A stretch of DNA of 51,252 nucleotides from Patescibacteria group bacterium (GCA_036278915.1 DASUKB010000003.1:1-51252), one strand, 5' to 3'. Positions 16,321 through 24,262 are shown, numbered from the stretch's first letter. Made by a program: numbers and translations. The notes: a model not told the origin generated them from the letters alone.

Positions 16321-16711
16321 ATGCCGGAATGTTCAGGCTGGCATGTCGCTGATTGAAGTCGTGGTCAGCCTTTTTTTGGTGCTGGTTTTGCTGTTGGTGT
16401 ATGTCGCAGCCTTAAATACCGTGGCACTGGTCAAACGGAATAATTATTCCGACTTGGCCTTTCGAGTAGCGAGCAAGCAGATGGAGACATTGCGCGGTAC
16501 GCCTTTCGGATCGCTTGGCGATACCTCCGGCACTGCTATTTCGGACGCGATGCTCTCGCAAATCCCGTCTGGTGCTGGAACATATGCCATATCGGATGAT
16601 CCCGATATGGATGGAGTCAAGGACATTACAGTCACCGTAACCTGGAACGACGGCAAGGATAAGTCGGCAGTACTCCAGACACGGGCCGCAAGCGGAGGAC
16701 TGAACCCATGA
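16229..16711 (+). CDS. prepilin-type minor pilin (start codon uncertain)
   Basis: QAG/MSLIEVVVSLFLVLVLL is a class III signal (G-1, E+5). The only in-frame ATGs are 16229, 16265 and 16343. See the finding on the out-of-frame ATG at 16321. Confidence 0.65.
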   Translation: MKFLLIFAIAPTMNLKNSTTSIPIRSNTDPKCRNVQAGMSLIEVVVSLFLVLVLLLVYVAALNTVALVKRNNYSDLAFRVASKQMETLRGTPFGSLGDTSGTAISDAMLSQIPSGAGTYAISDDPDMDGVKDITVTVTWNDGKDKSAVLQTRAASGGLNP

Positions 16712-17262
16712 GGAAGTTTTCACGAGGGCAATCCGCATTCACCTTGATTGAGGTTATTATCACAATCGCGCTTACGGTAATGATCGTTGCAGTAATAGCA
16801 AATATGTTCTTGACCCAAAGCAGGCTTTATCGCTCTCAAAACGCAAAGCTTGATACTTCAGCTTCCGTGCGCGCGGGGTTAGACAGCATCGACGACGATG
16901 TCCGGGCCGCAGACCAGGTGCTGGCGTCGTATTCAACGTTTACAGCCTCAAGTCAGACTCTAATTCTACAAATCCAATCGGTGGATTCAACCCAAGCCTT
17001 AGTCGCCGACACTTATGACTATGTCGTTTATACTTTGTCCGGCACGGATTTGACTCGGCAAATTTTTCCGGATGCGGCAAGTGTAAGAATTGCCACCACG
17101 CGGACCGTGGCCAGACATGTCAGCGATTTGTCGTTTGTGCTCAACAGCGCAGATTATGCTGACGTGACCGAAGTGGCCACCAGCCTTACTTCAAGTGAGT
17201 CAACAGGCAACCAGACTGTTGCCTTTACCTCGGATTCAAATTCTAAGCTGCGGAACAATTAA
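16708..17262 (+). CDS. prepilin-type minor pilin / pseudopilin
   Basis: MRKFSRGQSAFTLIEVIITIALTV, an N-terminal cleavage/methylation motif. ATGA overlap with the upstream gene. Confidence 0.8.
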   Translation: MRKFSRGQSAFTLIEVIITIALTVMIVAVIANMFLTQSRLYRSQNAKLDTSASVRAGLDSIDDDVRAADQVLASYSTFTASSQTLILQIQSVDSTQALVADTYDYVVYTLSGTDLTRQIFPDAASVRIATTRTVARHVSDLSFVLNSADYADVTEVATSLTSSESTGNQTVAFTSDSNSKLRNN

Positions 17263-17264
17263 TT

Positions 17265-19055
17265 ATGCATAAACACGCAAATCATCCGCAAACCAGCGAA
17301 CAGGGGCAGATCATAATCATAGCCTTAGTGTTTGTGCTGATTACGATAAGCTTGGTCGGTTCGCTGGTGGCGTACACGTTTATCCAGGTCCGCGCGCAAA
17401 AACAGTCGCAGGCCAGACTTGAAGCCCTAAACATCGCGGAAGCGGGCATCGAGGCAGCGCTTTGGAAACTCAACAACCAGGCTGGATACGCGGGAGAAAC
17501 CGGCACGTCATTTGGCGCTGGCGTATATGATGTGGCGACTACAGACATTTCTGGAGACCAAAAACTCCTTACTGTGGACGCTTATGTCCCAAATTCTTCG
17601 GCGCCGCTGGCCCACCGGATAGTCAGTGTAACTGTAAGCACCGGTACGACCGGCGTTGGCTTCAACTACGGCGTGCAGGTCGGACAGGGAGGGTTGGATA
17701 TGGATGGCAGCGGCACTATTAACGGCAATGTCTATGCGAACGGTCCTATTACAGGTGATAGTTCCTCTGTCATCACCGGCACGGCCATCTCCGCCGACAG
17801 TCCGGCTTTAAGCGCCGACCAAAGCAATGGCAGCGGTACCCCGGCAAACAATATTGCTTTTGCCAACGCCAGCGCCACGCAGGATATCGCCCAAAGTTTC
17901 AGTCTTACGGGCTCCGATCCTTTGAATGAAATCCAGCTTTATATAAAAAAAGTCGGATCTCCCGCTGACGCCACGGTCAAGATAGTCAATGATGCCAGCG
18001 GAAACCCGGGCACCACGGTTTATGCCAGCGGCACACTCTCGTCAGCAAGCGTCACGACATCTTATGGGTGGATCAACGTAACATTTACTTCCAACCCGCT
18101 GCTTAATCCCGGCACTACTTACTGGTTGGTCGTGGATGCTGCCAGTAACAGCTCCAAGTACTATATGATTGGCGCGGACGGCGGCGGAATCTACGCCAAT
18201 GGTATGGCAAAAATCGGACGAATGGGAAGCACCTGGAACAACACCACACCTTCGGGAATTGATTATTTTTTCAATATATTTTTGGGCGGCGTTAATGGAT
18301 TGATTGCCGGATCGTCAGGCAGTCAATATAACCAGTTGCATGTAGGAACGGTTTCCGGCACGGCAGAGGCCCACACAGTGAATTACACGAATGCCACTGG
18401 TGAAATTTTTTGCCAAACCGGTACTGGCAACAATAAATCATGTTCGGCGCTTGCCTCGGATCCGGTGTATGTGGATTTTCCGGTGTCTGACGCCAATATT
18501 GCGCAGTGGGAAAGCGAGGCCGAAGCCGGCGGGACTTACAATGGCAATTATACCGTGGGTTTTGCCGGAGCATCTTTAGGCCCGCAAAAAATAGTCGGGG
18601 ATCTGACGGTTTCAAATGGCGGCACGCTCACTGTCACTGGGACATTGTACGTAACGGGGAATATTACCTTAAACGGCGGAGGCGAAATCAAACTCACCCC
18701 GGGATACGGAAGTAACGACGGAGTCATTGTCGCGGATGGCACTGTAACTGTTTCTGGAGGAGGGCACGCCACGGGCTCGGGAACATCTGGAAGTTATATA
18801 ATGATGATCTCAAATGATTCCTCAACCAGCGCTATGTCTGTGGCTGGAGGAGCGGGCGCTGTGATTATGTTTGCTCCTAAGGGGACTTTGGCCGTTTCGG
18901 GAGGCGCGTCATTGAAAGAGGCGACCGCGTACCGATTAACCGTCGGCGGCGGTTCCAGTGTTACTTACGAGTCCGGTCTGGCTAATTCGGAGTTTTCGTC
19001 CGGTCCGGGCGGCAGCTGGGTCCTCCAGGCCCAATCCTGGCAATTATTAAGGTAA
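17265..19055 (+). CDS. large PilX-N-like pilus-associated protein (putative tip or adhesin component)
   Basis: GQIIIIALVFVLITISLVGSL..Q.......EALNIAEAGIEAALWKLN resembles the PilX N-terminal domain. The rest is a long Gly/Thr/Ser-rich beta-type region. Confidence 0.7.
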   Translation: MHKHANHPQTSEQGQIIIIALVFVLITISLVGSLVAYTFIQVRAQKQSQARLEALNIAEAGIEAALWKLNNQAGYAGETGTSFGAGVYDVATTDISGDQKLLTVDAYVPNSSAPLAHRIVSVTVSTGTTGVGFNYGVQVGQGGLDMDGSGTINGNVYANGPITGDSSSVITGTAISADSPALSADQSNGSGTPANNIAFANASATQDIAQSFSLTGSDPLNEIQLYIKKVGSPADATVKIVNDASGNPGTTVYASGTLSSASVTTSYGWINVTFTSNPLLNPGTTYWLVVDAASNSSKYYMIGADGGGIYANGMAKIGRMGSTWNNTTPSGIDYFFNIFLGGVNGLIAGSSGSQYNQLHVGTVSGTAEAHTVNYTNATGEIFCQTGTGNNKSCSALASDPVYVDFPVSDANIAQWESEAEAGGTYNGNYTVGFAGASLGPQKIVGDLTVSNGGTLTVTGTLYVTGNITLNGGGEIKLTPGYGSNDGVIVADGTVTVSGGGHATGSGTSGSYIMMISNDSSTSAMSVAGGAGAVIMFAPKGTLAVSGGASLKEATAYRLTVGGGSSVTYESGLANSEFSSGPGGSWVLQAQSWQLLR

Positions 19056-19104
19056 AAGAAAAATCCTCAATCTTGCGCTGCGAATCCAGCCAAACAAAAG
19101 AAAA

Positions 19105-19132
19105 AAACGGAACAAGTCCGTTTCTTTCTTTT
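19105..19132 (+). terminator. rho-independent terminator of the pilus operon
   Basis: AAACGGA(19105-19111)/TCCGTTT(19117-19123) followed by CTTTCTTTT. Confidence 0.65.
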
Positions 19133-19138
19133 GGCTCG
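19123..19138 (+). repeat. island-flanking direct repeat (left copy, putative att core)
   Basis: TCTTTCTTTTGGCTCG compared with TCTTTCTTGGCTCG at 25824-25837, in the same orientation. Confidence 0.5.
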
Positions 19139-19279
19139 CATATACCGATGACTTGAGAACTCTGGGAGAATACGCAATATCTAGAATCTTGCAACTGCAA
19201 GGATTGCTTAAGGCTGTTTAGCTCCGCCTTCTTTTTCTTTTTCCAATATAGTCTGTTCTGCTTCTATTTCTGCCGCCGA

Positions 19280-19786
19280 TTAAGGTTCCAGCTTGAAAAT
19301 TAGATCGCCCAAGGGAGTACTGATCGGATTAACGTCTAGCTTTTCTAGTTTGTTCTCCTTTGTAGACAGAATGACGTTTAGCATAGGATTCAAGGTCTTG
19401 GAAATACCAATATTAAGACTACTTTTTAAATACTTGTTGTCTCCTTTTCCTATTATTAAATTTAACCGATGCGACCCTAGATCATATCCCTTAACCCCAG
19501 AAATTCGTTTAAGGGTCTCGTGCATCACATAATGCCCATGCTTTTCAGGGTTTGTGTATCCTAATTTTTTTGCAATCCCGACTCTGCTATTTGACCAAGT
19601 GGAATTATAGTTCGGATTTGAACTCGTAAAGATTATTTCTTTTCCTTCTAGATGCAAGCTCCAATGTACACCCTTCCAATGAATCCACCGAATTATAACC
19701 TGATCACCTCTTTGGAACACCTCAATAACAGGAAATTGCTCTTCGTTATATTGAATTGAAATTACTGAATTTTTCATATTATTCAT
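19280..19786 (-). CDS. hypothetical protein (168 aa), translationally coupled partner of the 540-aa gene
   Basis: The ATG overlaps the stop of the upstream gene (GATGAATAATATG). I recognise no domain. Confidence 0.6.
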   Translation of the reverse strand: MNNMKNSVISIQYNEEQFPVIEVFQRGDQVIIRWIHWKGVHWSLHLEGKEIIFTSSNPNYNSTWSNSRVGIAKKLGYTNPEKHGHYVMHETLKRISGVKGYDLGSHRLNLIIGKGDNKYLKSSLNIGISKTLNPMLNVILSTKENKLEKLDVNPISTPLGDLIFKLEP

Positions 19787-21401
19787 CGTCTACGGTTGGA
19801 AGCCCTAAGTCTTCTGTATAAAATTCGTGAAACTTGCGATCTAGGAAGTTCCCAATGGCCGGTGGCCCTGAGTTATTTTCCTTATAAACCTTTGAAATCT
19901 CATTGCTGACCCCGGTTGCGGGATTAGCCTTAACCCTCTTTATGATTTCATCTACTTCAATATAATCCTTTACAAAATAATACCCTTCAAGTTCTTCTAT
20001 TGAAATCAAATAATATTCCATATCCTGTATTCCTGGATTATTCTCTTCAAGTCCAGTTAAAGCTTTTTTTATATCTTCATCATATATACTAGTGGACAAA
20101 AGAGGCACATCATAAAAAATGCCTATACAAATTATTTTTTTATCCTTGAGTGATTTTAATTCTTCGTAGTTAGGTATATCCCTAACCCGATCATACATTT
20201 GCTTAATAGTTTTAATTATCTTGCTAAAAATTTCTTTCCGTATTAACGCTGGATCACCTGTTTGTAGGGTTGGTAATGGAAACTGGTATCCCTTAGCCTC
20301 AATTAAAATAACAGAATCATCTCGGTCAACTATCCAATCAAAAAACTCTTTCTTGTCGTGGCTACTACCATACTTAAAACCTGGTTTTACATCGGACTCT
20401 CCGTAAATATCGGACAAAACAAGACCCACATATCGTTCAAACAGTAAACCAAAATATTCACGAAATTTAGCTTTTAAATCATTTTCAAATATCCAATATA
20501 GGCCGCGAAACGAAGCTTTTACATAAGCACTCAAACTTGGAATAATATAATCATTTGCCCCAACCTGAATTACTGGTTTTTCCCAAAGTGGATTATACCG
20601 ACTTTTTGTATATTCTGACGGCAAATTATTACTATTGTATTTGGAATCTAAATCCCGAAATAATTCTGGCGTTACTGATAATTTATTGAGGATGGATCTC
20701 ATTTTCTCGTCTTTCAGAACCTGACTAAGACCGCCGGTTATTGTTGACTCTGTAAATCTACCCAGGTTAAATCTTGGGCTAGACATTCCTGCCGCAAAGA
20801 TTGCGAAGCTCAATTTTATATATTCATCTATGCTAATACCGTATTTGTCTTTTAAAACCTTATCTAAGTCTAACACTAAATCACTAGGTAATTCAGCGGG
20901 AATCTTTTCAAAGATTAACCATTGTCTTATGAATACATCCTTAATATCCATTTGACTAGTAAATTGCTGAAAATACATTGGAACCAAAAAAGAAGAAAGA
21001 TTTCTCACCCTCACCCCTTGCACAAGTCCATTATGATATATGTTAAATAATGCCAAAATATTATCACGATCTTTAATACTTAAGCTTTTGTAATTGTTTG
21101 CACCTGAAATTATAAATGAATTTGCAATATATTCTAATGCAAACTCAGTGATAAATATTTTAGTCAATTTGTGAATAATAAACCCGCTCCTTTCCTTTTT
21201 CAAAGCTTCGTTCTCAAGGAAATTTTTATCGTTAAGCTTCATTGAAATTTCTCCTAATACCACTAACGCTTCGTCTAATTTATAACCCTTAAGAGCATTA
21301 CAAAACTGCTCCTGGGTAACCTTTAGTTCACCGGAGTTACATAATGCCGAGAGTCTTGCATCGGCTTCTAAAATATAATTCCCCAATTGATCTCTAAACA
21401 T
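19779..21401 (-). CDS. hypothetical 540-aa protein with C-terminal PD-(D/E)XK-like nuclease motif
   Basis: Long clean ORF. FERYVGLVL ... EFFDWIVDRDDSVILIEAKGYQF fits E / D / ExK spacing of the restriction-endonuclease fold. I do not recognise the N-terminal ~330 aa. Confidence 0.6.
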   Translation of the reverse strand: MFRDQLGNYILEADARLSALCNSGELKVTQEQFCNALKGYKLDEALVVLGEISMKLNDKNFLENEALKKERSGFIIHKLTKIFITEFALEYIANSFIISGANNYKSLSIKDRDNILALFNIYHNGLVQGVRVRNLSSFLVPMYFQQFTSQMDIKDVFIRQWLIFEKIPAELPSDLVLDLDKVLKDKYGISIDEYIKLSFAIFAAGMSSPRFNLGRFTESTITGGLSQVLKDEKMRSILNKLSVTPELFRDLDSKYNSNNLPSEYTKSRYNPLWEKPVIQVGANDYIIPSLSAYVKASFRGLYWIFENDLKAKFREYFGLLFERYVGLVLSDIYGESDVKPGFKYGSSHDKKEFFDWIVDRDDSVILIEAKGYQFPLPTLQTGDPALIRKEIFSKIIKTIKQMYDRVRDIPNYEELKSLKDKKIICIGIFYDVPLLSTSIYDEDIKKALTGLEENNPGIQDMEYYLISIEELEGYYFVKDYIEVDEIIKRVKANPATGVSNEISKVYKENNSGPPAIGNFLDRKFHEFYTEDLGLPTVDDE

Positions 21402-21466
21402 AAGCTATAAATTATTTATACTATTTACAAAATACAAAAGCCAGGCCGCCTAACCTAGCTTTGTTC

Positions 21467-21624
21467 TATTCCCACCTATTCCCACCATCTTTCCGCTCTT
21501 TTCCGCCTTTTTCCGCCATCTATAGTTCCCAGTGATTTCCAGTTATTTAATGGCATAAAATCCACCATTTTCCACCATTTCAAATTCCGTGATTTTCAGT
21601 GAAATTTTCCACGTTTTTCCACGT
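21467..21624. repeat. array of 10-bp-period tandem word doublets with TTCC (minus: GGAA) core
   Basis: TATTCCCACC x2 (21467-21486); (T/C)TTTCCGC(C/T) x3 (21489-21517); TTCCCAGTGA/TTTCCAGTTA (21526-21545); TCCACCATTT x2 (21561-21580); TTCCGTGATT/TTCAGTGAAA (21585-21604); TTTTCCACGT x2 (21605-21624). Confidence 0.85.
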
Positions 21625-21633
21625 ATTTTTCAG

Positions 21634-22746
21634 TTATACTTTTGCTTTACTTTCCAAATAAAAGCTAAATTGCTTTAAGTCTGTCCCGTCAATTAACCTA
21701 ACATTGGCTTTATGGGCCAATTCTTTTGCTGATTTCGTAAACATTGAGTTTGTTATGACCCAACCCTCATCTGCACCATAAAACTGAACCGCACTGGCGA
21801 CTTCTTGAACGGCTTTATTCCCAACGGTTCCGTCATACCTTTTGGCCTGGATGATTATAGTCTTACCATTTCGTTTAGCAATCAAATCTGCTCCCTGGTC
21901 TCCTGTAGCCGGTGTTCCAGCAATATCCGTAAAGCCATTTTCCTTCAGGAGCCGTGCCAGGTAAGTTTCAAACTCCGTGCCCGACATAGGTGAAAAATCA
22001 ACTTGCGTAATGGGTCTACTTTTTTTAGTCTTGTATTCTCGCTTAAATCTTTGCTCTAAGTAGGCAGATAGCTTTTTTAACTCCTCGGGCATTGACCAAT
22101 CATACTTTGACCATCTTTTAAATTGATCTTCATCGTACCGCTCTTTTTGAGCGATTTTTCGTATCACTGTCTCAATTTCTTTTGGTAATACATCCCAGTG
22201 TTCATCTCCGTAATCATCTATGACTGAAACCTTACGATAAGTGACTTCCAAAAATTGAGATATTAGATCAGAATATTTTTCTTTAAATAAATCAAATTTT
22301 GTTTCTATTTTCGCTTGAGCTTTTTCTCGTTGCTGCTCTTCAAGTTTCTGGTGATAATCTCTGAATCGTTTTAGTAAATTATCTTTAAGTTGTAAATATT
22401 CTGAATTAGCTCTTCGTTGCCAGTTGGATAACCATTCATAATTAGGTGACATATTTATATCACCTTCGGCTTCAGCAATGTCTCTTATACAATCCCGAAC
22501 TGAATTTTCAATGTAATAAGAACGATGGTAGCCGTGATTAAGTTTTTTTAAATGAGATTGGATGATATCCTCATTTCGTTCTTCCAGTGTTTTGGACTTA
22601 TCAATTAACCTGTCACTCCATTTTTCTTTTGCCTTTAAAGCTTTCTCTTTGTTGTTTTTTGACGCATTAAGAGAACTGGATGCAGATGATATTGCCCAAA
22701 AAATAGCCAAAACTATAAGAAATAAGATCCCTATTACTTCTTCCAT
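21634..22746 (-). CDS. membrane-anchored Mrr-type restriction endonuclease domain protein
   Basis: N-terminal TM (GILFLIVLAIFWAI), a long charged coiled-coil region, and C-terminal SGTEFETYLARLL...GDQGADLIA...IIIQAKRY....VGNKAVQEV (Mrr_cat D...(Q/E)xK core). Confidence 0.8.
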   Translation of the reverse strand: MEEVIGILFLIVLAIFWAISSASSSLNASKNNKEKALKAKEKWSDRLIDKSKTLEERNEDIIQSHLKKLNHGYHRSYYIENSVRDCIRDIAEAEGDINMSPNYEWLSNWQRRANSEYLQLKDNLLKRFRDYHQKLEEQQREKAQAKIETKFDLFKEKYSDLISQFLEVTYRKVSVIDDYGDEHWDVLPKEIETVIRKIAQKERYDEDQFKRWSKYDWSMPEELKKLSAYLEQRFKREYKTKKSRPITQVDFSPMSGTEFETYLARLLKENGFTDIAGTPATGDQGADLIAKRNGKTIIIQAKRYDGTVGNKAVQEVASAVQFYGADEGWVITNSMFTKSAKELAHKANVRLIDGTDLKQFSFYLESKAKV

Positions 22747-22778
22747 ATAGTTAAATTATAACCCAATTAGCCTTAGAA

Positions 22779-22994
22779 TTACAGCTTGGGGTTATCCCTT
22801 AACTTATCCTTCTTTGAAACTTCAATTTTCGGCAAGAAACTAACCCGAACTTCATTATCAGCAAACGGTTTGTCTATAAATTTAGTGGGAGTTTTTACGC
22901 CTCGTTTCTGTAATTCCTTGTTGAACTTGGCCCAAAAGTCCCTACCTGTCAATTTATTTTTAGGTGGGATTGAATCGTCGGGAATATTGGTCAT
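22779..22994 (-). CDS. hypothetical small basic protein (71 aa)
   Basis: ORF 32 nt upstream of the Mrr-like gene on the same strand. No domain recognised. Confidence 0.45.
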   Translation of the reverse strand: MTNIPDDSIPPKNKLTGRDFWAKFNKELQKRGVKTPTKFIDKPFADNEVRVSFLPKIEVSKKDKLRDNPKL

Positions 22995-23033
22995 AACAGA
23001 ATTCCTTTATGATTTAATTATTGCCCAGTCTGA

Positions 23034-23186
23034 TTAGGTTAGTTCCTGTTTGAGGTTTTCTTCAGCCTTCTCGTTGTCGCTGCGACTTGTATTATACGCA
23101 ATCTCGGCCAGATGTCTTTCAAGATGACGAGCGATATACGCAATCTCCAGGGCAATAGCGATTAAAATCCAATCGGTTACAGTCAT
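23034..23186 (-). CDS. hypothetical 50-aa single-TM protein (short version of ORF 23034-23309)
   Basis: GGAAAGGAAA lies 4 nt before ATG 23186. MTVTDWILIAIALEIAYIARHL.. The upstream 41 codons of the track ORF coincide with four GC-rich hairpins. Confidence 0.4.
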   Translation of the reverse strand: MTVTDWILIAIALEIAYIARHLERHLAEIAYNTSRSDNEKAEENLKQELT

Positions 23187-23232
23187 AAAATTTCCTTTCC
23201 GCAAGTATGACACAAAAGGCCACCGCTTGCTT

Positions 23233-23344
23233 GGCTCTTGCGAGCCTGCCACCCTTTCGGATGGCAACCATTGGAATAGTAGCAAGACGATGACCGTCTC
23301 TATTTCCAATGGTTTTGTTAGCCGTGCTTCGGGAAGATCCGAAG
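23233..23344 (-). ncRNA. candidate structured RNA / leader: four adjacent stem-loops
   Basis: On the minus strand: CTTCGG/CCGAAG (23327-23344); CCATTGGAATAG/CTATTTCCAATGG with inner GACG/CGTC (23268-23312); GCCAUCC-GAAA-GGGUGGC (23248-23265); GGCUC-GCAA-GAGCC (23233-23246). Two loops are GNRA on the minus strand only. Confidence 0.4.
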
Positions 23345-23410
23345 TTTAGGCCGCTAATTATGGAGTAATTTTACCACAAAATCCGCCGAGATGGTAGACG
23401 GTAGGCGGGA

Positions 23411-23438
23411 TTGACAAACTTCCCGGATAGGGTATACT
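23411..23438 (+). promoter_or_regulatory. sigma70-like promoter inside the island
   Basis: TTGACA (23411-23416), 16-nt spacer, TATACT (23433-23438). No ORF follows for about 530 nt. Confidence 0.45.
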
Positions 23439-23973
23439 GCTTCCAGATTCGTTTCAGAAGAAATATTTTTAGCTGGGTGAAATTCGCCAGCAACGGCTAA
23501 GTCCGCAGGTTCATATATATTTTAGAGATTTATAAGTTCGTCTAAATTTCTACAAGTATCTATAGATCTGCGGTTTTTTGTTTGCCAATTTTTTTATACA
23601 GCTCATTTTAATTAAAATTGTTACTCTTGCAAAAGCCTGTTTATTTTTGGCTGGACTTAGCAAGAGTTGCCAGCCAGAAATAAGTAGGTTTTTCTTTTGT
23701 CTGAGTGCGTAATAAATTCGTTCAGACAAGCGAAAAACGCTTGCGTCGCCCCAACTCCCTACTGGAGAGCCTGCGGACGCTAAATGGCAGGTAGCAAGTG
23801 TGCCAGATAACGGATTCCTCACAAGACCGAATATCACACGCCTATGAGCCCAAACGAGATTTTGGGCGGCAGTAAATTAACCACTGTAACTAAAACCTAA
23901 CTAAATAACATTCGGGATTGAAGGAAACGGCTCGTGGGTGGTGGGGTAAGGCAATGGCGATAGTAATTACAAT

Positions 23974-24129
23974 ATGAAAAATCTTCACTACAAAAACAGG
24001 AACTTCAGGGCAGACGATTCAGTTTGGGAACAGTTCAAGATTGAACGACGCAAATCAGCTCTTTCTTGGAACTTGTTTATCAAGCTTCTAATCCGTTTGG
24101 TAAAAAAATATGGAACCCATCAGGACTAA
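23974..24129 (+). CDS. hypothetical 51-aa protein (possible ribbon-helix-helix-like)
   Basis: MKNLHYKNRNFRADDSVWEQFKIERRKSALSWNLFIKLLIRLVKKYGTHQD*. Its beta-strand plus two-helix pattern and position upstream of the recombinase suggest the fold. It is below the ORF-track cutoff. Confidence 0.4.
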   Translation: MKNLHYKNRNFRADDSVWEQFKIERRKSALSWNLFIKLLIRLVKKYGTHQD

Positions 24130-24262
24130 CGAATCACTCTCTCCGCCGCCATTGACCGACTTTGAGATTGCCAGGCTCTCAAGGTTGTTTGATTTGCTCC
24201 TCAAACTTGAGAAGCGACAGAAGGAGAGTAAGGATGACCTGCGAACTGACAACCCAAATTAA
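24110..24262 (+). CDS. hypothetical 50-aa protein
   Basis: MEPIRTNESLSPPPLTDFEIARLSRLFDLLLKLEKRQKESKDDLRTDNPN*. It overlaps the previous small ORF by 20 nt and ends 30 nt before the recombinase. Confidence 0.3.
   Translation: MEPIRTNESLSPPPLTDFEIARLSRLFDLLLKLEKRQKESKDDLRTDNPN

Noticed and set aside
19074-19091. GCGCTGCGAATCCAGCC, an 11-nt match (CGAATCCAGCC) to the tRNA-Asn T-arm/acceptor in inverted orientation, as a remnant of an earlier integration or an att arm
   Set aside because: The match is short, the T-arm is itself palindromic so orientation is ambiguous, and it lies about 45 nt from the proposed core, too far for a serine-integrase half-site. It cannot be distinguished from chance without comparative data.
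21467-21624. CRISPR array interpretation of the repeat block
   Set aside because: The period is 10 nt, the repeats are directly adjacent with no spacers, and there are no cas genes. It is not a CRISPR.
23550-23837. 95-aa minus-strand ORF in the island
   Set aside because: It has no SD, lies within a hairpin-rich non-coding stretch, and its product has no features.
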